A stretch of 56,063 nucleotides of DNA, filler included, from Catajapyx aquilonaris (lineage: Eukaryota), in assembly GCA_000934665.2 (NCBI GenBank). It is 4 parts of 4 records of this genome, joined end to end, with 100 filler letters (N's around TTAATTAATTAA, not from the genome) between each part and the next. Parts side by side here need not be neighbours in the genome. Positions count along the whole stretch, not along the records: positions 42,141 to 56,063 come from JYFJ02007943.1; 3 more parts are not named here. One strand, written 5' to 3'. Position 1 is the stretch's first letter, and each line of letters opens with the position of its first letter. The position numbers and the translations under genes were made by a program. Shown here in pieces: positions 49,701 through 56,063 of the stretch. The notes under the pieces were generated by a model. The model searched no databases and was not told the DNA's origin. It saw only the letters and a program-made list of their open reading frames with translations.

Positions 49701-52700
49701 TCGTCTCTCTGCAGAGTTCCATGGATGTTTATAATAAAGGGGAGTTATGAGCAGTTACAAAACCTGGTCGGAAAGTGTGCATAATATAATTGAGATACAT
49801 GTGTGCGATGAGTGCATGCGAGTAGAGGCGGTAGAGGTTGTGAATTTCTGTTCGTACAATAATTTATTGGGGGTTTTCAAAATTCAAAAGGAATTGGCAT
49901 GTTTAGGCGGTGAGCAAATGCATGCAGAGTATTTCCCAGCCAATGCAATGCAAAGGTGGGATTTCAGACGGTTCGCAAAGTAGTACGGAATCGTGGATAG
50001 CAGTTCAGAATCACGGACGGAGGAAAGGGGTGGGGTGGGAGTACACATGTGATTGGGGGATGGGCATCATCACTGGCTATAAGTCGGAAGCGATTTAAAA
50101 TGCGGTGTCCACCGCAGGCGTAGAAAACCGCTCGCTTCGCTCGCGTTTTTCTACGCCTGTGCCATAGAAAAATTCGAGCGGAGCGAGGGTTTTTTTAGTG
50201 CCCACAAGGGATTTATTTTTAAAGACTATATTATTTTGGTTATACCGTAAAACCAGGATAATTCGATCTCTGATTATTATCCGACTCCTGGGATTATCCA
50301 GTATTTTTTGTGTTCCTACCATGCCCCGCTCCCGCGGGTGATGGATAATCGGGGTTCTACTGTACATGTTCTTGAATTCCTCTGGGCTCACATTTCTCAC
50401 CCCTACATTTTTGACTTCTTTTGGGCCAACAAGTATGCTCCTAATCAGATGACATACACTAAATATACACCTTGAATTTTCCACCACCTTTGCAGGAAAT
50501 CAAGGAGAGTGGGAAAAGATGTAGATCACACTCTCTGGACTTTAAAAATAAAGTTCTGGATGCCTATGAGTTTGGTGATTCCTCATGTCGTCACAACCAG
50601 AGCGCAACTGGAAGGAAGTTTGGCATACACCAAGGACTGTTGTGGAGATGGCTGAAGCGTCTCCGACCCCATCTCCTTTCCCGTTCAGCCCAAGGTCAGA
50701 TGCACCAATCAAGACGAGACGCTGATGAAAGAACAAGTGGCAATCCAAGTGTAAGAAATTGAATCTTAAGATTATTCAGGGATGGCAGAAAATATGGAGA
50801 TACCCAGATTGACAAGGGACGTGCTTGTTTTACATAACATTGACAACTAATAATTCTGATATCCATGTGACTGGTACATACTACTTGCACATTTTAAAAA
50901 CATGCTAACCCCTGTGAAGAATCCAGTTTGAACACGCTCGAGTCTCTCGGTAAAGCTATTGTTTCTCGTGGAAGAAAAGTGGTTGTAAAGCTGGATTGCA
51001 ATTTTTTTTTATAGGCCTCGCTTCATTGTTGCCTCTTTCCAGGAAGAGACCTGTGGCAGAGACTCAGACTTGGACGACAAGGGTGAAGTTACGCCAAGTG
51101 TGAAACCTGCCCCCAAACACGCCATTCCCGAAGAGAGATCTGGGCGGAAGAGAGCACAAAGAGAGGTCAGATGAGAGTTTGATGCAAGACACAAATTCTA
51201 AAACTAATCCTTTTCAGGTGGCAGTCCAAGAAGCTGACTGCGGCACAACAGATTCTAAATCATCTCCAGACGCTTCAAAACCAAGGTTGCAAAATGTAGG
51301 TGAACACAACAGTGAGGAGTACTTGTGATTGCAAAGTTGCATTCCCCCTTGTAAATTTGAGTAAAATCCTCTCATGTTTAGGTGCCATCGAGAGCAAGCA
51401 GATCGATACTGGTTTCTCAGGTTAACGTGATGGGACAGAGTCAGGCAGGCAGTGAGGACACAAACCTAGCTGACGACCTCGAGACAACCCCTGCCAAGAA
51501 GAAGGAACCAAAACCACATGTAATAATTCCTGCAAATGCAGGATAGTCTCTAATATATATGTAGATGGAATAGTAATTCCCCTTCGGGGTGTTTTCTTGT
51601 GCGACAATGCCCGCCTGCCTATTGCCTTGCTTACTGGAACCCTGCCGCAACAATTCAAGTGAGGTTTTTTTTTTTATCATATGGGATTTAGAGCCTTACC
51701 ACCTGTCCTTCGACAGGGAGAAATGGTTTCCAAAGTAGAAGGTTGACGATGACAAGGAGTTGCAATCCTGCGTTCAGGGATCGCTGAAATGGCTGGCAGC
51801 AGACCTCTACGACATAGGCATACAAAATCGTGTTTAACTCAATGAGAAATTTCCCCCAATTTGCCTGGAAACTTTTTTGAACAAAAGTAGACAGTTGTCG
51901 ATTTCAGATGTGTAAATAAAAACTCTGGGGGTGCATTGTGCTTTTTCTAATTTAGAAAAACGGAACTTACTTTCTGGACGCACCTCGTATTTCTATTGCA
52001 GCCAATTTCTCGGAATTGCACAATCCTCAAGAGAGGCATCCACTCGCTGGCTGTCAAGAGAAAAGTGCTGGAGGCCTACCAGTTTGGGGATTCCTCATGT
52101 CGTCACAATGCAGCTGCAACTGCAAAGAAGTTTGGCTTAAACAGAGGAACGGTGTGGATTTGGGTGAATGACCTCCAGCTCCGTGCCTCCTCGGCCAAGA
52201 GTCAGAGGAACCAACCAAGGCGAGGCGCTCGCGAAAGGACAAGTGACGAAATGAGGGTGAGGATGTGACTGTTTCTATTGCCACACTTTTGTTGGGACTT
52301 GCTGATGTGACAAGTTCCTAAACTTCTTTTTCTGTGGGGTGCTTTTTGCCCATTTGTCTCTCATCAGAGCAAGGGGAAGGAAATATGTATGCTGATAAGT
52401 TGTGTTTGACATGAATGAGACTGATGTCCATTAAAATTCTGGGCTTTGATGAACTTTAGTCCCACAAAAATATTGAATGTTTCTATAGATTTCCTGAATC
52501 TACTTGACGAGCTGAGTCGAGTGATTCTATTCGTAGGTTGCAGAAACCTTTGGTTCAAAAGTTATTGAGTTCTGAAATTGTAAGGGATTAACACTCAATA
52601 AACAAACATTGTTGCGGCCTTGCCAGAGCCACCTCATGGAACATCAACTGCTCCACAAGACCGACAGGAATGTTGTGGATGCACAGCCTACAAATTACTT

Positions 52701-54268
52701 TTCAAATTACAATGGGGATGCCCTCATGCAACAACAGGAGTAAACAGTTTCAACAAAGGAACACCGGTTTATTTTCATTCGTTGATTGTTAATTAAGTGC
52801 AATTTCAAAACTCAATTACTCTTGAACATAACGTTTCTCCACCCTAGGGATAGTGCCAGTCGACTCAGGAAATGTATGGACACCTGCAATAATTTTGCGG
52901 GGCTGAAGGGCACCCTTACCGACATGTTTTCCTCTCTCTCCTGGCTGACGTTCTATCTGAAGCTGCCTGCAGCAAGTTTGAAACCATTCTTCAGCTGTAA
53001 TTTAATCTTCAAAGAACTCATGTGTTCATGATGGTTGGTTCCAGAAGAAGACGAGATGTGGTAATGCCAACTCAGGTGACCTCGCACCAGATGGGGAACA
53101 GGCATCCAAGTCCACGTTGCCTGCTGAGGGAGAAAAACCGAAGGGAGCAGGAGAGAAGGTGAGGCCAGAGTTTGTAGGAGGGAGGAATGAGTAAATGGTA
53201 TCCTCTTCAGATGATGGTCCAAGGAGGAAATGATATTACCATAAACTCTTAGCTGCATATCCGGCCATCAGTGTACGCTCTGTTCCAAAAGAAATGGAGG
53301 AGCAAAATGCAGATTTCCAGACAATAAAATGATGCTCATATTCCACTCAACATTTGCAGCTAATAAGTGTGATTAAATTTAAATTTAACTGATCCAAAGT
53401 CACTGCTTATAATGCAAAAGAAGATTTGCTAACCACTCTTAAGAATTCACATTGAACATGCTGGAGAGTTATATGCCGAAATGATTGGGATAGTTGCTAA
53501 CTGCAAACTTATGTGATTAATAAATTGCATTTTTTCCCCTTCCCCTTTCAGCCTGCCCAGAAGGAAGCGGAACCCTCTGGGTCCCTCTCCCAGTCGATGG
53601 ACTTGAAGAGGAAGGTGCTGGACGCATTTGAGTTTGGAGATTCCTCTTGTCGTCACAACCTGGAAGCAACTGCCAGGAAATTCAGTCTCAGCACCACCAC
53701 AGTGTGGTACTGGATCAGATACATTCGACCCCACCTCCTCTCCAAGAGTCAGATGAATCCACCAAATCAGGACTCTGCTGGAAGGAGGAATGACGGAACA
53801 AAGGTGAGGAAATAACTGAACAAAATAAGCAACTTGTTGTTGAAGGGACTGCAGGAGTCAGTCTGCTCTAAACCGAGGTCTGCCATAGCCTACTAATGCA
53901 CAGGCCATAATATGTGGAAGAATGGTGGGAACAGCCTTTCAAATAATCTGTTAGAACCAAGGCTGTTACAACATGCAACATTGACTGTACAAGAACTGAA
54001 CGTATTGAAATTCTCTCAGGCTCATCCATTGCGCTGCTCCAACTGCAAAACAACTACCACATCTGTGTGGCGGAGGAACAAAGGCAAGGTGGTGTGCAAT
54101 GCTTGCGGACTCTACTTCAAAGTGCATGGTACGGATCGGACTGTGCCCCAAGGGAAGAATTGCGTGAAACGGCGTAGAAGGTAATATGACTAATCTCATA
54201 ATAATTGTCCTCTTTCGGCGAATAATTTGCTTTCAGCAATGCTCATTATTGTTCCTTGCAGGGTTTGA
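43741..54268 (+). CDS. Predicted modular transcription factor: C2H2 + six Brinker-type DBDs + GATA finger (single-gene model is inferred)
   Basis: Exons 43741-44100, 45634-45771, 45908-46168, 46373-46468, 47316-47555, 47720-47929, 50496-50750, 51043-51165, 51218-51295, 51382-51519, 52002-52256, 53045-53158, 53552-53803 (phase-0 joins), 54020-54180 and 54262-54268 join in frame (~895 aa). Confidence 0.6.
44250..45253 (+). mobile_element. Unclassified DNA transposon remnant in an intron
   Basis: Transposase-tail-like VTFLHPSGPSPSFSYP..DVLWIP..ICKVNP..GRVYTL*; terminus GGAATGGCCC. Confidence 0.5.
45908..46168 (+). CDS. Brinker-type DNA-binding domain exon 1
   Basis: YSLAFKKKVLHVYEFDNSECRHNAYATGRKFGISEGAVRKW (cf. 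Brk FTPHFKLQVLESY..DNDCKGNQRATARKYNIHRRQIQKW). Confidence 0.9.
46901..47265 (-). mobile_element. mariner transposase C-terminal remnant
   Basis: PHLPYPPSPVPSDFYLFG (cf. PHPPYSPDLAPSDF); TA|CGGGGTG terminus. Confidence 0.85.
47316..47555 (+). CDS. Brinker-type DBD exon 2
   Basis: YSLAFKEKVLDVYEFDNSECRYNAYATARKFGISECSVRRW. Confidence 0.9.
47720..47929 (+). CDS. Brinker-type DBD exon 3
   Basis: YSLEFKKKVLEAYQSGDSKCRHNASATATKFGLKRATVWKW; donor CAG|GTATGT. Confidence 0.88.
48701..49561. mobile_element. piggyBac-like non-autonomous element
   Basis: TTAA|CCTTTTG ... CAAAGGG|TTAA; internal inverted repeat 48888-48948 / 49365-49423. Confidence 0.55.
50496..50750 (+). CDS. Brinker-type DBD exon 4
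   Basis: HSLDFKNKVLDAYEFGDSSCRHNQSATGRKFGIHQGLLWRW. Confidence 0.9.
51715..51930 (+). mobile_element. mariner transposase C-terminal remnant
   Basis: DDDKELQSCVQGSLKWLAADLYDIGIQNRV. Confidence 0.65.
52002..52256 (+). CDS. Brinker-type DBD exon 5
   Basis: HSLAVKRKVLEAYQFGDSSCRHNAAATAKKFGLNRGTVWIW. Confidence 0.9.
53552..53803 (+). CDS. Brinker-type DBD exon 6
   Basis: SMDLKRKVLDAFEFGDSSCRHNLEATARKFSLSTTTVWYW. Confidence 0.88.
54020..54180 (+). CDS. GATA-type zinc finger exon
   Basis: CSNCKTTTTSVWRRNKGKVVCNACGLYFKVHG plus basic tail. Confidence 0.93.
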
Positions 54269-54729
54269 TGACAACATTACATCAAAACCTCCCAGTAATA
54301 AAGATTGTTCGGGTTGCATGGGACCAGTGCCACGAAGATGCGAACTTCCTCTGCCATTTTGTTATTTCCCAAATAAAAATAATTCCAAGAAGTTCTTTCA
54401 GGAGGAACCTTTATTCATGCTGCTCCTCAACAGGTTGGCATTGTTCGAATATTCCGCCAGGTATCGACGGACGCCCTACCGGCATAATTTTGGAGGAATG
54501 CGAGGATGNGTAGGAGGTCTCGCATCGATAGCATCACTCGCCAACAAGCCTCTCTCCTCTTGTTGTGTGTTTATCTTCTCTCGTGTCGTCTTCCTCCTCC
54601 TCCTCCGGACCTCCTGAAGAGTCTTCTTCTACTTGTTGGGTGAGTGTCGAACCACAACAATGCTGCCTCCTCATGCACATCTGAATTACATTGTTTGGGC
54701 ACGTGCACAGGTGGAGACCTGCAGAGGGG

Positions 54730-56063
54730 ATGATGAGCCTCCCTCAGCCCCAACCAGGACCAAGCCTGATGGCCACCGAAGAAGGGCAGTTCAGGTGCGT
54801 CTACTGCCTGGACGCCACCTTCAGGACCAGGCTGCAGCTGAGGGCACACCAGTTCATACACGGGCCCAGGGACAAGGTCAAGGTGGAGCCAGAGGAGGAG
54901 ATGAGCCTTCCCCAGCCCCACCGTGGACCAAGCCGCATGGTCACCGAACAAGGGCAGTTCAGGTGCGTCTACTGCCTGGACGCCACCTTCAGGACCAGGC
55001 TGCAGCTGCTGTGCCACCAGTTCATACACGGGCCCAGGGACAGGGTCATGTTCAAGCCAAAGGAGGATGCGGCAGAGGGAAAGGTGGTCGTGACAATGGT
55101 GGAGACAGAGAGACGTGAAGAAGGGGATCCGTCACGCCTGATGGGTGATGAGGAGTCCGTCATGAAGGGCGACCTCCCTGGAGATGCTGAACCTTCATTC
55201 AAATTCATTTCCGTTGACGACTTGGTTGGGCAGAACAGAGCACATGCGGAGGTAAGGGTCCGTTCATGGCGGGGACGCAAAATTTGCAGCCTTTCGATAC
55301 ACTGTGTGTCCACTTCACTGTTGTCATTCAAAATATAAACCCTAGTCATAAGAGGCGCAAACATTCGATTTCCGCGTCTCTCTGTTTGGGGCGTTGCTAA
55401 GGCTGGCGGCCATTTTGAAGTGTGGGGACCGCCAATGAGGTATAAATAGGGTACAGGCAAAAATTTGGTCCGCCATCTTTGATGGTTTTGGCGGCCATGG
55501 CAAGAACACGGGCGAATCAAAGATGGCGCACCCTATTTTTGCCTGTACCCTATTTATACCTCGTTGGCGTTGCCCACACTTCAAAATGGCCGCCAGCCTT
55601 GGCAACGGCCCCAAACAGAGAGACGCGGACATCAAAGGCGCCGACAGAGGTTTGCGCCTCTTATGTAGTATCCCTAGTAACGAGTGAATGTTAAATGAAA
55701 TCTCATGAATGTACAATACAGTAAACAATATCATTAAAAGTTATCGCTACGTGAGCGTGCCCAGCAACGCAGTAAGATTTGAACAGCAAAGACAAGAAAT
55801 GATGGCAAAGACAACTTGCAGAAATGTTCGCTTGACTTATTTTAACTGTTCCTTTTCAGATGGCAGTCCAAGAAGATGAGTGCAGCGCAATAAATTCAGA
55901 ACTATCTCGGGATGTTTCGAATCTCAGGTCGCAAAATGTAAGAACACAAATCAGCAAGAGTGATTGTTAATCATGATTCTACTAGTTGCAATATCCCCTT
56001 GCAAATTTGAGTAAAATCTCTGCATGTTTAGGTGCCATCAAGAGCAAGGAGATCAAAACTGGT
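54730..56063 (+). CDS. 5' part of a tandem paralog (exons 54730-55251, 55860-55937, 56032 onward) with two C2H2 fingers
   Basis: FRCVYCLDATFRTRLQL..HQFIH twice via a 168-bp internal duplication; linker exons match 51218-51295 and 45634/51382. Confidence 0.85.
55347..55665. mobile_element. Palindromic MITE in an intron
   Basis: CATAAGAGGCGCAAAC...GTTTGCGCCTCTTATG; CCCTAGT repeated at 55340 and 55672. Confidence 0.88.

Noticed and set aside
38394..54268. Wnt/Dpp effector cluster (pangolin beside Brinker-like genes)
   Set aside because: The genes are separated by an artificial spacer, and the Brinker-type exons are not the brk ortholog

Overview
Eukaryotic DNA, probably from a pancrustacean arthropod (pangolin sequence, ~50-bp introns). 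It consists of four ~13.9-14.0 kb pieces joined by identical 100-bp spacers (N44-TTAATTAATTAA-N44), so adjacency across spacers is probably artificial. Piece 1 (1-13925) is a shattered, almost entirely minus-strand mosaic built around a Polinton/Maverick (adintovirus)-type protein-primed DNA polymerase B, present as four fragments, one with two short introns. Interleaved with it are remnants of a Piwi-clade Argonaute gene (GRG N-terminus, N domain, PAZ, a weak PIWI C-terminus) not evident from the ORF track, plus histone H3-like, RING-like, C-type lectin, Harbinger and possible piggyBac fragments. This is the main candidate novel system. Piece 2 (14026-28021) is a nest of non-autonomous transposons, tRNA-SINEs and palindromes around the last two exons of an RS-rich gene. 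Piece 3 (28122-42040) is part of pangolin/TCF, with two mutually exclusive exons for the second half of the HMG box. Piece 4 (42141-56063) holds a tandemly duplicated, exon-modular transcription factor gene: C2H2 finger, six Brinker-type DNA-binding exons with hypervariable recognition helices, and a GATA finger. All homology calls are by-eye comparisons with remembered family motifs; no searches were run.
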